DNA of 64,000 nt from Candidatus Zhuqueibacterota bacterium (GCA_016929295.1 JAFGJB010000008.1:12917-76916); one strand, 5' to 3'. Shown: positions 19,801 through 30,917, counted from the first letter of the stretch. The notes: a model not told the origin generated them from the sequence alone. A program made the numbers and translations.

Positions 19801-22800
19801 CATTCTCCATCGCGCGTTCTGACCGCCGAAGAAATCGAGCAGTGGTTCCGCTTGCAGTTTGAGCGTCAGCCCGGCCGTGTCCTGCAAGCCCGCCGGGATC
19901 GATTGTGGGCAAACTATCAGCAGGTTGAAGAGCGCATTCAGAATATATCACAACTGCTGCGGGCGTACACCCTCTATCACCGTGATGTCGAATATGTTGT
20001 CAAGACGCCGGAAGAAGGCGAGCTCCGCCGACACGGAGGAAGCCCGGGACAAAAGGCGGTCATGATTGTCGATAGTTTCACCGGACGTTTGATGCCGGGA
20101 CGACGATTCAGCGATGGCTTGCACGAGGCGCTCGAAGCCAAGGAGGGAGTTCAGGTTCAGGCGGAATCTCAAACATTGGCGACGATTACGCTGCAAAACT
20201 TTTTCAGATTGTATGATAAACTGGCCGGCATGACGGGCACTGCCGAAACCGAGGCGCAAGAGTTTTTCAGCACCTACAAACTCGAAGTGCTTGTCATTCC
20301 GACGAACGAGCCGGTCATTCGGATTGATCACAACGATGTCATATACCGCACACGACAGGAAAAGTTCAATGCCGTCATCGATGAAGCGCTTGAAATGCAC
20401 ACCAATGGCCGGCCGGTGTTGATCGGCACTATCTCCGTTGATGTCTCGCAACATCTCAGCAATCTCTTCGCTGCACGTGGCATTCCACTGGCCAACTGGC
20501 TGAAAAAAGGTGATGTGACCAAAGAACTCGAATCCGGTCGATTCCATACCGTGCTCAATGCCAAACATCACAAGAGCGAGGCCGAAATCGTCGCCAAGGC
20601 CGGATTGCCCGGCAGTATCACCATTGCCACCAATATGGCTGGTCGCGGCACGGACATCAAACTCAAAGAAGAAGTGGTCAAGAGAGGCGGTTTGCACATC
20701 ATCGGCTCTGAAAAGCACGAAGCACGGCGAATTGATCGACAGCTGCGCGGGCGCGCCGGTCGCCAGGGCGATCCGGGTTCATCCCGGTTTTATCTATCTC
20801 TTGAAGATGATCTCATGCGTCTCTTTGGTTCCGATCGCATCACAAATATCATGAGCAGCATGGGCTCGATGGAAGAGGGTGAACGCATCGAGCACAGCCT
20901 CATCACCCGATCCATCGAACGGGCGCAGAAAAAGGTCGAAGAGCGTAACTTTGAAATTCGTAAAAACCTGCTCGAATACGATGATGTGTTGAACGAACAG
21001 CGCAAGATCATCTACAAGCGGCGGCAAAATTTGCTCGGCTTTGCCCGCGCAGCGGACTATATCGAGTCCAAGTTGAAAAAGTTTGTCGAAGATGAGAATG
21101 ATCGCTCGACATGGAAATTGGCCGATTTGCTTGCTGATGTGCAAAAATACTTTGGCCGCTCGCCCGACGTGGCTGTTGATGAACTGGAACGACTCAAGTA
21201 TAGTGAACTTGCCGAGTTGCTGCAGGAGTGGGTCGCCGATCAGATTGAGGAGCGCCGCCATTTCAACCGGTTGCAAGAGCGGCACCGCATTTTTGGCTAT
21301 GCGTCCCCGGACGACGTGATCGAAAATCTCGTCAAATTGAAGATTCGACTCCACAGTGCCGGCACTACCGATACTTCGAAATGGAATGTTAAAGGCATCC
21401 GCTTCGAATTGGAACGAATTTTTAAAAAATCGCCGGATTGGCTGACGGGCGACCTGGGTCAGCACGCTCAGGTTGAAGATAGAATTAAAAAATGGGCGCG
21501 CGATGAATACGCCCAACAGATGTCCGAGGCGCGACAGGCAGTCGATGAAATTTTGCTTTCAGCCATTCCTTTCGACGATTTTCTGAATATTTTTGTCTTT
21601 GGTCTGATCAATTTGCATCTGCCGGCTGATCAGGCGCCGATCCATTGGCGCAGTGAAGAGTTTTTACGTGATCTCGAACGCATTTTCAATGCGCGGCCGA
21701 CCATCGGCCAAAACGAGATCAGATCCATTCGTCTCACAAAACTCGTCGCGATTCTTCGCGACTGGATTCAAACACTCGACCTGCCCCGTGATGAAACCGT
21801 CCTTCGCCATCGAATTGTGGGCTATTTTGGGCCGCTTCGATTGGTCGACGCCGTCATTGCAGAACGATTGTTTGAGCACGAGGCCGGCTCGGCGCAAGAA
21901 TTGACGACGGCCGATGCCGCCTATTTCAAAAGTTTATTCAATCACGATTTTCAGGTAGCGACCACCGGTCAAAATGAACGGCCGATCGTGCAGCTCTTCC
22001 GGCAGGCGCGCGAAGCCTATATGGCGCGCGTTCGCCATTCTCGCCAAGCTTATGACGACGCCATGATCGCCGGCGCGCTGTCAGAAGAGTTGATCGAAGC
22101 GGCGATCCATACCGTCATTGATGATATCTTGACATCCGCAGCAGATCAGACAGCGGCGCAGAAGGAACTGAGCTGGACGTTGGAAAATATGTTTCTGACC
22201 AAACCCATGATCTCCATACCGCAGCAGCGCGATGAGCAGACCATTGCCGTTTTTAAAGAAGATGTCGTCGCATGGGGGCATGCTTTTTATAAAATGTACT
22301 CCGATCGCATGGAGCGATTTCGCCAGGAAGAGTTGAGCAGCGAGATCGTCTCGGACTCGGTCATCGGCATGATCGACGACACGATCTATGCCATGATTGA
22401 CAATGTGCTCGGTGGGGATGATGTTCTTGACGCGGCGCAAATAAGTCGACTTGAGAGTGAATGCCGGCTGATTTTCCGGCAAACGCCCCGAATAGCAGAT
22501 GAGAGCTTGCAAGGTATGGATCCCAACAAAGTCATGGATCTGATCAGCGAATGGGCAAAAAATCTGTACTATCAACGTGTGCGAGAGCTGGGTCGAGAAC
22601 TGGTCACGCGAATGGAACGTTATTATGTCCTCGAAAAGATCGACGAAAATTGGCGTCAGCATCTGCACGGCGTGGACGAGCTCCGCGAAGGCATCGGCCT
22701 GCGAGGCTATGGCCAGAAAGATCCGCTGCTTGAATACAAGCGTGAGGCGTTTGTCATGTTCGAGCGTACCATTGACTCGATAAATCGAGAAACTGTGAGC

Positions 22801-23067
22801 ACATTGTTCAAGGTCTTTGATGTGGGGGGTGAAGTCGAAGAGCAGCAGTTGCGTCGCCTGGAGCCGCAAAGTTTCACAACATCGCACTCCCAGGTCGAGG
22901 TGTTCAGGCAGGTTATGTCCGAAAAGGCGCCGGCACGAAAACCAGCACCCGGCCCCACTGAACAAAGAACCCGCACGGTTGTCAAGACAAAGAGTGTGGG
23001 ACGAAACGAACCGTGTCCTTGTGGCAGCGGCAAAAAATACAAGAACTGCTGTGGCAGACATGTCTGA
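16876..23067 (+). CDS. secA: Preprotein translocase ATPase SecA, giant (2063 aa) with expanded PPXD and wing domains
   Basis: [52 protein letters not shown]-terminal [17 protein letters not shown]. Confidence 0.97.
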   Translation: MLAKVEKVLSKIMGGSSNERELKRLQPIVDEINQIAADYAKLTDDELKAKTNEFRYRLLMGETLDDLLPEAFAAVKDTCRRLCGKKWLVRGQETDWNMIPYDVQLIGGVALHEGKITEMATGEGKTLVATMPLYLNALAGKGAHLITVNDYLAQRDCEWMGEIYKFLGLSVAAIFGQQEPEERKRAYQADITYGTNNEFGFDYLRDNMTADVWSVVQRPLHFAIVDEVDSVLIDEARTPLIISGSVGAPRNIYNELKPIVENLYKKQQELVVRLIKEGKERLEQDEEQGGLMILRAQRGDPKNSQLLELLTSEFWVKKLIERIQGQYEVNKDMATVDQELYYTIDEKSHVVDITEKGRIFLSGGRDQDVAFKIQQLDDLDEILSRLSESKQKSLYFTQDPVSGRCNGLSFAGKLALNNVAGDINERDRAALDEFDARLRQLPDVVERTSQENRSDRTSAWRAFFRIAKKMEKAVNGLTEEGKSYLANGQDGAMAKLSDSFDRLLSTICAQADVDSGLTFPRHQQERRRLLQETFFELDRQLGIPVGLTEQGRIALLADMLGGDPLRVPLIFQLDNMLQLDDVDDKMQDYFEYSDDGTVVRHIAEKGRIALLGGNPDTYVLPDRSIVEERDRQIQQLLDRTINQTSYDYAARVIAVERLDRDMRAIHDLHAADVEKASPFYIISKSEERPRIRLTEMGRAFLSDFAAQTTELVLQFDKLVRDNKNRLDDIFQVQNNKIVGLNSAVLDRLLGRSFNDLQQAIREWHALHKAGATDSSISLRLELDKYLGSDQDARSLSRTFEEIERIAHVYSNIFAVMQRPDVSDSEKRRILGRYFEFNGDPKAPFTQVDNLPLVGLSDAGIERLAGDATARARIFDNLQGLVDDLDVDSDAVFELSEDGHPVGLKKSSWSRLVDGLPFFSYSDGLRKFRDEIMHLSNKKVNSSSELASLLPKEKTHLRAKKLMFDERELNELISIAHSPSRVLTAEEIEQWFRLQFERQPGRVLQARRDRLWANYQQVEERIQNISQLLRAYTLYHRDVEYVVKTPEEGELRRHGGSPGQKAVMIVDSFTGRLMPGRRFSDGLHEALEAKEGVQVQAESQTLATITLQNFFRLYDKLAGMTGTAETEAQEFFSTYKLEVLVIPTNEPVIRIDHNDVIYRTRQEKFNAVIDEALEMHTNGRPVLIGTISVDVSQHLSNLFAARGIPLANWLKKGDVTKELESGRFHTVLNAKHHKSEAEIVAKAGLPGSITIATNMAGRGTDIKLKEEVVKRGGLHIIGSEKHEARRIDRQLRGRAGRQGDPGSSRFYLSLEDDLMRLFGSDRITNIMSSMGSMEEGERIEHSLITRSIERAQKKVEERNFEIRKNLLEYDDVLNEQRKIIYKRRQNLLGFARAADYIESKLKKFVEDENDRSTWKLADLLADVQKYFGRSPDVAVDELERLKYSELAELLQEWVADQIEERRHFNRLQERHRIFGYASPDDVIENLVKLKIRLHSAGTTDTSKWNVKGIRFELERIFKKSPDWLTGDLGQHAQVEDRIKKWARDEYAQQMSEARQAVDEILLSAIPFDDFLNIFVFGLINLHLPADQAPIHWRSEEFLRDLERIFNARPTIGQNEIRSIRLTKLVAILRDWIQTLDLPRDETVLRHRIVGYFGPLRLVDAVIAERLFEHEAGSAQELTTADAAYFKSLFNHDFQVATTGQNERPIVQLFRQAREAYMARVRHSRQAYDDAMIAGALSEELIEAAIHTVIDDILTSAADQTAAQKELSWTLENMFLTKPMISIPQQRDEQTIAVFKEDVVAWGHAFYKMYSDRMERFRQEELSSEIVSDSVIGMIDDTIYAMIDNVLGGDDVLDAAQISRLESECRLIFRQTPRIADESLQGMDPNKVMDLISEWAKNLYYQRVRELGRELVTRMERYYVLEKIDENWRQHLHGVDELREGIGLRGYGQKDPLLEYKREAFVMFERTIDSINRETVSTLFKVFDVGGEVEEQQLRRLEPQSFTTSHSQVEVFRQVMSEKAPARKPAPGPTEQRTRTVVKTKSVGRNEPCPCGSGKKYKNCCGRHV

Positions 23068-23083
23068 TTCCAGGAAAGTACTA

Positions 23084-23112
23084 TTGGCTTTTGCCATTAT
23101 TTATCGTATATT
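23084..23112 (+). promoter_or_regulatory. Putative sigma70 promoter of the smg-topA-xerC unit
   Basis: TTGGCT, 17 bp, TATATT. Confidence 0.4.
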
Positions 23113-23143
23113 GATTTTCGATGCCCCAAGGAGAGCATAATTC

Positions 23144-23611
23144 ATGGAAAAAAGATTTCTTGACGTTCTCACCTTTGTGCTCAATGAAATCAGCGAAAAC
23201 ACCGACGGTGATTTAGATCTGCAAACCGTCATCGATGTGTTGCAGGATGAAGGTTACTCTGAAGATGAAATCTCTTCCGCCATGTCGTGGATCATGAATC
23301 ACGGGGATCCTTTGGACCGCATCACCACTGAACAAAAAAGCGATATCCCTCGCCCGGTTTGGCGCTCTTTGAATGATATCGAAGAAGAGACAATATCACC
23401 CAATGCCTATAGCTATCTCTTCCATTTACGCGAACTAAATATTTTGACCGATGATAATCTGGAAAAAGTCATCGATCGAGCTGTTGATTTACGGTTAACG
23501 CGCATGAGTGTTGAGGATATGAAAGATTTGGTGACGGCTGTCGTGCTAAATTTTGAGGACAGCGCCTCTAAAGGCTATTTTCAATTTACCGCTACCCGAT
23601 ATCCTCATTAA
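23144..23611 (+). CDS. smg: DUF494 / Smg family protein
   Basis: LQDEGYSEDEISSAMSW, RSLNDIEE, LEKVIDRA; canonical position upstream of topA. Confidence 0.8.
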   Translation: MEKRFLDVLTFVLNEISENTDGDLDLQTVIDVLQDEGYSEDEISSAMSWIMNHGDPLDRITTEQKSDIPRPVWRSLNDIEEETISPNAYSYLFHLRELNILTDDNLEKVIDRAVDLRLTRMSVEDMKDLVTAVVLNFEDSASKGYFQFTATRYPH

Positions 23612-23637
23612 ATCCCGTGCGCTCAAAGCCCTTGGAT

Positions 23638-25836
23638 ATGGCCAAATCGATTATATTAGTTGAATCACAACAAAAATTACGTACGCTACAATCGTATGTG
23701 GCCGATGATCATCACATCGTCAACATGAATGGCGCGATCGAGGATGCTGGAACTGAATATCTCCGGCATCTGCTCTTCAACCAGCCCGCCGAATTGGCTT
23801 TCTTGTCCGATAGCAAAATCGCCAGTCTGTCACAAATCATTCGTGACAGCGAAACGGTTCTACTCGCCACCTCACCCGATTACACCGGCGATGCCCTGGC
23901 GCGTCAAATCGTCAACGCCCTGCACCTCAAAGACAAGGACGTTCACCGACTCTTTTTACAGGCGATTTCGAAAAGAGAAGTGATCAAAGCGATTGGCGAG
24001 AAGCGAAACATACCCGCCGGCAGTGGCGCCTTGCTGGAAAAGTCTTTCGGAGTAGACAGCGCCTTCAACGACTATTTTCGCGATCTGATCAATTCGAAAA
24101 AAATAAAAAAACCCATTTTTAGCCTGGCCGCCGCATTGGCGCTTAGAAAAATATATGAAAATGATGCCGCGATGGCGAGCAGAACATCAACTTTGGCAAG
24201 TTCTCTTTGCATCCTTTTTAAGCGGCACGGCCGCTCTTTTACGGCGCGATTGAGCAAAATAAATGGCCAGACGCCGTCGATTGCCAATTCGCATGCGGCG
24301 AAAGCGATCATTTTTGATCTAAAAGAACAAAAGTACAAGATTGATCGGTTGTCGGACAGCACCATCACAACTGCACCGCCGCTGCCGTTCACAACAGCAA
24401 AATTGATCGCTGCAGCTGAAACACACCTTGGTTTTTCGCCTCGACAAACCTGCAGCATCGCCCGTTCTCTCTACAATGGTTGCGATATCGGACAGAAAAA
24501 GCCGGTTGGACTCATCACTTATCCGATAACGGATTCATTGTTCATCCCCGAGCAGGACCTATTGTCTGCCCGGGAGTTCATTATGGTGAATTATGGCAAA
24601 GCATACGTGCCGGAAAAGCCCCGCCTCTATTCAGATGCGTCATATTCTGCGTTCAGCGTTATTCGTCCCACCGCGCCATCGCGAACGCCTAAAAAATTGA
24701 AAAAGCATCTCGCCGACGGACCCTTTCAACTTTATGATCTCATTTGGAAACGCTTCCTGGCATCGCAAATGACAGATTCGACCATGGCGCATCGAAAAGT
24801 GTACATCACCGCAGGACCGCAAAAGGCCTATGTTTTTCGACTTGAACAAATCCAAACGATGGGCCGGGGATATCTGCAGCTCTTTCCGCAGACAGAGAAC
24901 CAAACGTCATTTTTATTTTCACAAGAATGGCAAAAGAATGGCGAAATCATCCCTTGTGATTATAAATATGTTGTCGAACAGCACAAGTCAGATTTTTATT
25001 ATACTGAAGGCAGATTGTTGGAAGCATTGGGCGATTTGGATGTGTGCATGATCGAGACGCTCGAGTACATACCCGATATTTTGCGCGAGTGGAAATTTGT
25101 CCGCCAAACTGCTGACGGCAAATTATATCCGACGCGACCGGGAAAGACTGCCTGCGAGTTGCTGCAACGGCGCTATCCGGATATTCTGAATGAACGGTTC
25201 ATACGCCAGCAAAAAGCAAAGTTATTTATGCTGGAGAACGGAAAAAAGAATATCGATCCTGTGGCTGAAATCACAAAATTATTACAACATCCGGCACGAC
25301 CGACAATGGAGGACCAGGCAGCAGATGGCGCCGTGAAAAAAACCAACAGCAAATGTCCTGTTTGTGGTGGCTCGATGCTGCAAAAAAGCAGCTCATCCGG
25401 TGACTATATGGTCTGTGAATTTTATCCCGATAACTGCCAGTACAGCAAATCGATTCATCCTCACCTGCATCGCTATTATGGGCGCTGCGATGACTGCCAT
25501 GCTGAACTGACTGTTAAAATCGGCCGTTATGGTCGATTCCTGGCGTGTTCTGCTTTTCCAAAATGCAAGTTCACCAGGCCATTTCCGACTGGCGCCAAAT
25601 GTCCCAGAGAAGGCTGCGAGGGAGATGTGATAGAACGGATCACAAAAACGGGTCGACTTTTTTACGGATGCAGCTTATTCCCGCACTGCAAATTTTCATC
25701 CTGGCAAATGCCGGTGAACATTGCCTGTCCAAAGTGCGGCAATCTCTATTTGACATTAAAAAACAGCGATGCTTTTGACGTTTATCAATGTCCCAAGTGC
25801 AAGACTGAATTTGACGCCAATCTGGCGGAAAAATGA
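23638..25836 (+). CDS. topA: DNA topoisomerase IA homolog with degenerate active site and four C-terminal zinc ribbons
   Basis: [10 protein letters not shown] (TOPRIM), [30 protein letters not shown], Zn ribbons; several catalytic residues substituted (see findings). Confidence 0.85.
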   Translation: MAKSIILVESQQKLRTLQSYVADDHHIVNMNGAIEDAGTEYLRHLLFNQPAELAFLSDSKIASLSQIIRDSETVLLATSPDYTGDALARQIVNALHLKDKDVHRLFLQAISKREVIKAIGEKRNIPAGSGALLEKSFGVDSAFNDYFRDLINSKKIKKPIFSLAAALALRKIYENDAAMASRTSTLASSLCILFKRHGRSFTARLSKINGQTPSIANSHAAKAIIFDLKEQKYKIDRLSDSTITTAPPLPFTTAKLIAAAETHLGFSPRQTCSIARSLYNGCDIGQKKPVGLITYPITDSLFIPEQDLLSAREFIMVNYGKAYVPEKPRLYSDASYSAFSVIRPTAPSRTPKKLKKHLADGPFQLYDLIWKRFLASQMTDSTMAHRKVYITAGPQKAYVFRLEQIQTMGRGYLQLFPQTENQTSFLFSQEWQKNGEIIPCDYKYVVEQHKSDFYYTEGRLLEALGDLDVCMIETLEYIPDILREWKFVRQTADGKLYPTRPGKTACELLQRRYPDILNERFIRQQKAKLFMLENGKKNIDPVAEITKLLQHPARPTMEDQAADGAVKKTNSKCPVCGGSMLQKSSSSGDYMVCEFYPDNCQYSKSIHPHLHRYYGRCDDCHAELTVKIGRYGRFLACSAFPKCKFTRPFPTGAKCPREGCEGDVIERITKTGRLFYGCSLFPHCKFSSWQMPVNIACPKCGNLYLTLKNSDAFDVYQCPKCKTEFDANLAEK

Positions 25837-26771
25837 TCATGCCCGTCACAGCATTTAATATCGCGACGTGGATTCCGAGATTTGTGCGATTTTTACAAGT
25901 CGAACGGCACGACTCGGAAAATACATGTGCGGCCTATGAAACTGACCTGTTTCAATTTAATGATTATTTGGCGCAACGATTTAAAACAGAGCAACCGGAA
26001 TTTGCCCACTTTACCAAAGAATCGGTGCGGGGATATCTCGGCTATTTGACCGGATTGAAATACTCCGCCCGCAGTCTCGCGCGCAAATTGGCCTGCTTGC
26101 GCGCATTCTCCAAATACTTGATTCGTGAAGATGTCCTTGCCGTGAATCCAACGCTCAACATTGCCACCCCAAAGATAAAAAAGAAACTGCCCGGCTTTCT
26201 CAGCGCGCAACAGGTGAAAGCATTACTGCAATTGCCAAACGTCGCAAGACCGCAGGGATTGCGCGACTATATGATCCTCGAGCTTTTTTACGCCACCGGC
26301 ATGCGCGTCAGTGAACTCGCTTCCCTAAAGCTGGAGAATATTCGCCATGACGAAGGCGTCTTTCGTATTCGGGGCAAGGGGAATAAAACGCGGCTGGTGC
26401 CAATGGGGCATCGTGTTGCCCGAGATCTGCAAGTCTATTTGAAAATGCGCCAAGAAGAAGAAAAAGCTGCGCTGGAATTTAAGGATTTTATCTTTGTTAA
26501 TAGTAATAAGGAGCCATTCACGAGAGGGCAAATTGCCGCAATCGTTCATGGCTATATAAAACGCATAGCCGGCAAAGAAATGGCACATCCACACACGTTG
26601 CGTCATACATTTGCCACGCATCTGCTCAATGAGGGCGCAGATTTGATGTCCGTAAAAGAACTTTTAGGGCACTCCAGTTTGAGTACAACACAGATCTACA
26701 CGCATGTTTCTGCCGAGCATCTCAAAAAAATATATAAAAAAGCTCATCCGCGAGCGAACAGCGAAGGGTGA
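25833..26771 (+). CDS. xerC: Tyrosine recombinase XerC/XerD
   Basis: TGMRVSE, GKGNK, HTLRH, LGH, TTQIY all intact; located after topA. Confidence 0.88.
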   Translation: MIMPVTAFNIATWIPRFVRFLQVERHDSENTCAAYETDLFQFNDYLAQRFKTEQPEFAHFTKESVRGYLGYLTGLKYSARSLARKLACLRAFSKYLIREDVLAVNPTLNIATPKIKKKLPGFLSAQQVKALLQLPNVARPQGLRDYMILELFYATGMRVSELASLKLENIRHDEGVFRIRGKGNKTRLVPMGHRVARDLQVYLKMRQEEEKAALEFKDFIFVNSNKEPFTRGQIAAIVHGYIKRIAGKEMAHPHTLRHTFATHLLNEGADLMSVKELLGHSSLSTTQIYTHVSAEHLKKIYKKAHPRANSEG

Positions 26772-26860
26772 TCGGAGAATTCACACTAAAAGAGGAGGTG
26801 ACGGGCAATAGGACACACTATTTAATTGCGGGCAACTTGAATATTTACAAGGAGGTTCCT

Positions 26861-27196
26861 ATGAGGATTTCATTCACTGCGAGACATTTTAAATCATCGG
26901 ACCGACTCAAAGATTTCGCAATAACTGAGGTGCAACGCTTGAAGAAATACTATGATGATATCCTTGATGTCGAGATCATTCTGGATTATATCAAACAGGA
27001 GCAGGTTGCCGAGATTGTTGTCAAGGTCTTTGGGCAGAGATTGACTGTGGTTGAAAAGAGTGAAGATATGTACAAATCTATTACTCTCGCTGTGGATAAA
27101 TTGGAACGCAAATTAGTGAAATATAAGCAAAAACTGCGACATTTTAACAAAGAGCGCATCGCCGAGAACATAGAACCAGAACTCGAACTTGATTAG
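26861..27196 (+). CDS. raiA: Ribosome hibernation factor HPF/RaiA (short form)
   Basis: MRISFTARHF, DMYKSITLAVDKLERKL. AAGGAGG RBS precedes ATG 26861. Confidence 0.9.
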   Translation: MRISFTARHFKSSDRLKDFAITEVQRLKKYYDDILDVEIILDYIKQEQVAEIVVKVFGQRLTVVEKSEDMYKSITLAVDKLERKLVKYKQKLRHFNKERIAENIEPELELD

Positions 27197-27207
27197 ATGG
27201 AGCAGAG

Positions 27208-27241
27208 AGAGCGGGGAGCGTTATCGCGCTCCCTGCTCTTC
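27208..27241 (+). terminator. GC-rich hairpin between hpf and hprK (partial terminator or mRNA stabiliser)
   Basis: agagcggggagcg (27208-20) pairs with cgctccctgctct (27227-39); weak T tail. Confidence 0.55.
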
Positions 27242-27256
27242 ATTGCGTATAAACTT

Positions 27257-28300
27257 ATGTCAATAGAAACGAAAAGGGTCTACAAGACAATTCTCGATGC
27301 CAAGCAGCCCAAAGCTATTGGTTACCTTAAGGTTAGCGATTTGTATGAACAAACCCAAGATCGGCTCCATTTGCGCATCGTCAATGATCAATATTCTTTT
27401 GACCGCCGAATTGAGCAAAAGGAATTGAATCGACCAGGTCTGGCGCTCAGTGGTTTCGTGGAAGTTTTTACCTACTGGCGTGTGCAGCTCATGGGGAATA
27501 CCGAGATCGGTTACCTGAATACGCTGCACGGTGATGAACGGATCAGGGCCATTTCCAATGTTCTTGATTTTGATTTGCCCTGCATCATTGTCACAAATGA
27601 TAATTTGATCCCGGTGGAGCTGGTTGAAATTGCCAACCAGCGCAAGATCACGCTATTTGCAACACCCGATAATACGACGTTTGTGCATCGGCACTTGAGT
27701 GAGCACCTGGAGCGCGCTTTTGCTCCGCATACAGTTGTCCATGGTTCACTGGTGGATGTGTTCAGCGTCGGTGTGCTCTTTGTCGGTCCGGCTGCAATCG
27801 GCAAGAGTGAGTTGGCGCTTGACTTGATCGAGCGGGGACACCAATTGGTCGCTGATGATGCTGTTCAAATTAAAAAGACCGGGGTCAACACGCTGCAGGG
27901 CGCTCCCAGGGGGAGTATCGGCCATCATATGGAAATCAGGGGCCTTGGAATCATCGACGTTTTTAAAATGTTCGGCGTGCGCGGAATTCGTGGAAGCAAG
28001 GATATTCATGTTATTGTCAAACTGGAAAAGTTTGGTGAAAATGCCAATTACGAACGAACCGGCCTGGACGAAATCTACACCCAAATTCTGGGAGTTGATA
28101 TTCCACTCGTCGAATTGCCGGTCATGGAAGGAAAGAATTTGACAATCGTCGCAGAGGCGATTGCCCTTGATCAAAAATTGAAACAGATCGGCATAAAGCA
28201 AGCACACCAGTTCAACCAACATTTGATGCTAAAGAACATCTCAACTCAAAAGGCAGCGGAACAGGCGCCGGAAATAATGCTCGATATAGAGGATATTTGA
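27257..28300 (+). CDS. hprK: HPr(Ser) kinase/phosphorylase
   Basis: RPGLALSG, HGSLVDV, GKSELAL, LVADD, MEIRGLGII. Confidence 0.93.
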   Translation: MSIETKRVYKTILDAKQPKAIGYLKVSDLYEQTQDRLHLRIVNDQYSFDRRIEQKELNRPGLALSGFVEVFTYWRVQLMGNTEIGYLNTLHGDERIRAISNVLDFDLPCIIVTNDNLIPVELVEIANQRKITLFATPDNTTFVHRHLSEHLERAFAPHTVVHGSLVDVFSVGVLFVGPAAIGKSELALDLIERGHQLVADDAVQIKKTGVNTLQGAPRGSIGHHMEIRGLGIIDVFKMFGVRGIRGSKDIHVIVKLEKFGENANYERTGLDEIYTQILGVDIPLVELPVMEGKNLTIVAEAIALDQKLKQIGIKQAHQFNQHLMLKNISTQKAAEQAPEIMLDIEDI

Positions 28301-28695
28301 TGAAATACGGTGTAGTAATCGCACATGGACCATTAGGTGCGGCATTCATAGAGGCCGCCGCGTCGATCATGGGAAAAACCGAAGGGCTTTTTCCGCTCTC
28401 TGTCACGGATATGTCGATACAGGAGATCGAAGCACGCCTAAGGGCCATTGTCAACGAGCCATGCGAAAATGTTGACGCCATCATCATCATGGCCTGTTTG
28501 CGTGGCGGAAGTTCCTGGAATGTGAGCGCCGCCGTCACAAAAGGCCTGGATCGTGTTCGACTTGTCTCGGGCTTGAACCTTGCCATGTTGCTGACTTTTC
28601 TGCTCAAACGGGAGATGCTTTCTCTCGACGATCTGGTGGATGAAATGAAAAAAGAGGCTGCAAAAGGGATTACATCCTTGGACTTTAATCGCTAG
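28297..28695 (+). CDS. PTS mannose/fructose-family EIIA component
   Basis: VVIAHG phospho-His motif, GGS, SGLNLAML. Confidence 0.88.
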   Translation: MMKYGVVIAHGPLGAAFIEAAASIMGKTEGLFPLSVTDMSIQEIEARLRAIVNEPCENVDAIIIMACLRGGSSWNVSAAVTKGLDRVRLVSGLNLAMLLTFLLKREMLSLDDLVDEMKKEAAKGITSLDFNR

Positions 28696-28714
28696 AATGC
28701 GGGAGACAGATGAG

Positions 28715-29200
28715 ATGCCGTTGGTGATGATACGAATTGATGACCGCCTCATTCATGGTCAGGTTGTCGTCGGCTGGGGGAGTGTTCTGAAACCAGATCG
28801 AATATTGTTGTCGAGTGACGACGTGGCAACTGTTGAGTGGCAACGAACCATTTATTTATCAGCGGTGCCGGAATCATTACATGCCTCTGTTCTCACCCTG
28901 GAAGATTCGATTAAAGCTCTGACATCCGCCGATTTTGGCGACGAAAAAGTGTTGCTGCTCGTAGATTCACCTAAAAGCATCATTTTTTTCGTCGAGAACG
29001 GAGTTGACATCAAGGAAGTGAATGTCGGGGGTATGCATTTCAAACCAGGCAAGAATCAAATTGCGCCTTTCATTTTTGTGGATAAAGAGGATGTAGCCAA
29101 TTTCAAAATATTGTGCGAGAAGGGCATCAAACTCGAAGGACGCGACGTGCCAACGCGCTCACCCGTCGACATCTGCGCCGTATTGGGCTTCAAGGAATGA
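28715..29200 (+). CDS. PTS mannose/sorbose-family EIIB component
   Basis: RIDDRLIHGQV, VNVGGMH. Confidence 0.92.
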   Translation: MPLVMIRIDDRLIHGQVVVGWGSVLKPDRILLSSDDVATVEWQRTIYLSAVPESLHASVLTLEDSIKALTSADFGDEKVLLLVDSPKSIIFFVENGVDIKEVNVGGMHFKPGKNQIAPFIFVDKEDVANFKILCEKGIKLEGRDVPTRSPVDICAVLGFKE

Positions 29201-29263
29201 CAAAAGGGCTATTGTGATCGGTTGATGCAACGCTTTCAATTCCCCACCGGACATACACTTTCA

Positions 29264-30841
29264 CTAAATGTGGTCATGCCGAAACAGCTTCACCTTCATG
29301 AATTGACTGGAGAGATTTCCCAGTATCAACATCAAGCTCGTCCCAACAGGCACATACCAGGGCCATGCAATTTGAGGCGAATCGAGGACGATGAAGAGGA
29401 CAACGGCAAGAAATGAAAGGACAAGTTGATAAAGTCGAGCTCTTCTATTGATCGTGGTGAAAATCCACCCGCCGACAATGCCGGCGAGTGAAAGGAGAAT
29501 CAGCAGCACGCCGGACGATGGACCGATGAACCATGTCATATAGACGATCGTCGCCCACAACGAAACCAGAATATCCGCTTCATGCAAATTCGATTTCATT
29601 GTCGCCAGGAAAAATGCGCCCAAGACGCCGCCATAGGTGAAGGAAGCGATGGCCAGTCCCAACTCTACCACCGGATTCTCTTTGTTACGAAAGAGCATGG
29701 CGCCACCGGTGAAAATGATTCCCCACAGGATGGTGAATAACCGCGCCAATATGAGTTGCTTTTTCGCTGTCATTTTTCTGTGCGGCAAGAGCAGGTCGAA
29801 CATGGTCGAGGAGGCCATGGAATTGAGAGAACTGCTCAATGTTGACATGGCAGCGGCGAAGACCGCGGCGATGATCAATCCGGAGAGGCCGCGAGGCAGT
29901 TGTTCTATGATAAATCGAGGCAGGATTTCATCGGGCGGCATTGCGGCGCCGTGATAAAATGCATAGAGCAAAAGCCCGAGAAAAAGAAAAATGCCAAATT
30001 GCACTAGGACAATGACGCCGCTGCTGATGAGGGCCTTCTGTGCATCCTTGGTCACTTTGCACGCCAACAGCCTCTGCACAATAATTTGATCCGTCCCATG
30101 CGACGCCATCGATAAAAAGGCGCCGCCAATGAGGCTGGCGGCAAGTGAATAATTCATCTGCATGAACTCTGATAAAGATTTGGTTAAAGTCAGATTAAAA
30201 ATTTGCAGCTTGTCGGCATCGATGGCAGATGGCCAACCATGGGGCAACATGGTCAAAATGTAGAATCCGGCGATGACCGCTCCCCCCACATAGATAAAGG
30301 TCTGCACAACATCGATCCAGACGACGGAGCGTAAACCGCCAATGCTGGTGTAGAGCATTGTCACCATCGCCAAGATGACGATGCATACTGGCAGACTCAA
30401 CCTCGTCATGATGGAGAGCGGAATTGCTGTGGCATAGAGCCGCACGCCGTCGGCGAGGAGTCGCGTGACGATGAAAATAAGCGATGATAATGTGCGCACG
30501 TTCGCTCCGAATCGATTGGCCAGCAGCTCGTATGAAGTGGACATGTCCCCGCGTATATAGGCGGGCAGAAATATGAAAGCGACAATTATTCTGCCAATGA
30601 TATATCCCAGGCCGAGCTGCAAAAAATTCAAATTTGAAATATAGGCGAGACCCGGCAAGCTGATAAAAGTTAACGTACTGGTTTCCGTCGCCACTACGGA
30701 TAAGCATACAGCCCACCAGGGTAAGCCGGCGCCGGCAAGGAAATAATCGCGACTGGTATAAATGCGACCGCCAAAACGCACTCCCAGAACAGTGATGATG
30801 GCCAAATATATCAGGATGATCGCATAATCGATTGGCTGCAT
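29264..30841 (-). CDS. Sodium:solute symporter (SSS family)
   Basis: DYFLAG, SVVATETS, GGLRSVVWIDVVQ, DQIIVQRLL, AAAMSTLSS. Confidence 0.92.
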   Translation of the reverse strand: MQPIDYAIILIYLAIITVLGVRFGGRIYTSRDYFLAGAGLPWWAVCLSVVATETSTLTFISLPGLAYISNLNFLQLGLGYIIGRIIVAFIFLPAYIRGDMSTSYELLANRFGANVRTLSSLIFIVTRLLADGVRLYATAIPLSIMTRLSLPVCIVILAMVTMLYTSIGGLRSVVWIDVVQTFIYVGGAVIAGFYILTMLPHGWPSAIDADKLQIFNLTLTKSLSEFMQMNYSLAASLIGGAFLSMASHGTDQIIVQRLLACKVTKDAQKALISSGVIVLVQFGIFLFLGLLLYAFYHGAAMPPDEILPRFIIEQLPRGLSGLIIAAVFAAAMSTLSSSLNSMASSTMFDLLLPHRKMTAKKQLILARLFTILWGIIFTGGAMLFRNKENPVVELGLAIASFTYGGVLGAFFLATMKSNLHEADILVSLWATIVYMTWFIGPSSGVLLILLSLAGIVGGWIFTTINRRARLYQLVLSFLAVVLFIVLDSPQIAWPWYVPVGTSLMLILGNLSSQFMKVKLFRHDHI

Positions 30842-30917
30842 GGGAAAAAGAATCCTGTCTTTTTTTATCAAGATAACAGAATTTGAGCAAATTCCCAAGA
30901 ATGATTGCAAATATTAA

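Noticed and set aside
17968..19900. SecA insertion as an intein or mobile intron
   Set aside because: No Cys/Ser start with His-Asn end at the insert borders and no LAGLIDADG motifs; the insert consists of SecA-derived repeats.
25833..26771. Tyrosine recombinase as a phage or island integrase
   Set aside because: Size, motifs and topA-xerC-hpf context fit chromosomal XerC; no att repeats, tRNA or cargo genes nearby.
27770..27815. HprK Walker A variant GPAAIGKS as a sign of inactivation
   Set aside because: GKS, the catalytic DD and the EIRGLG signature are retained, so it is probably functional.
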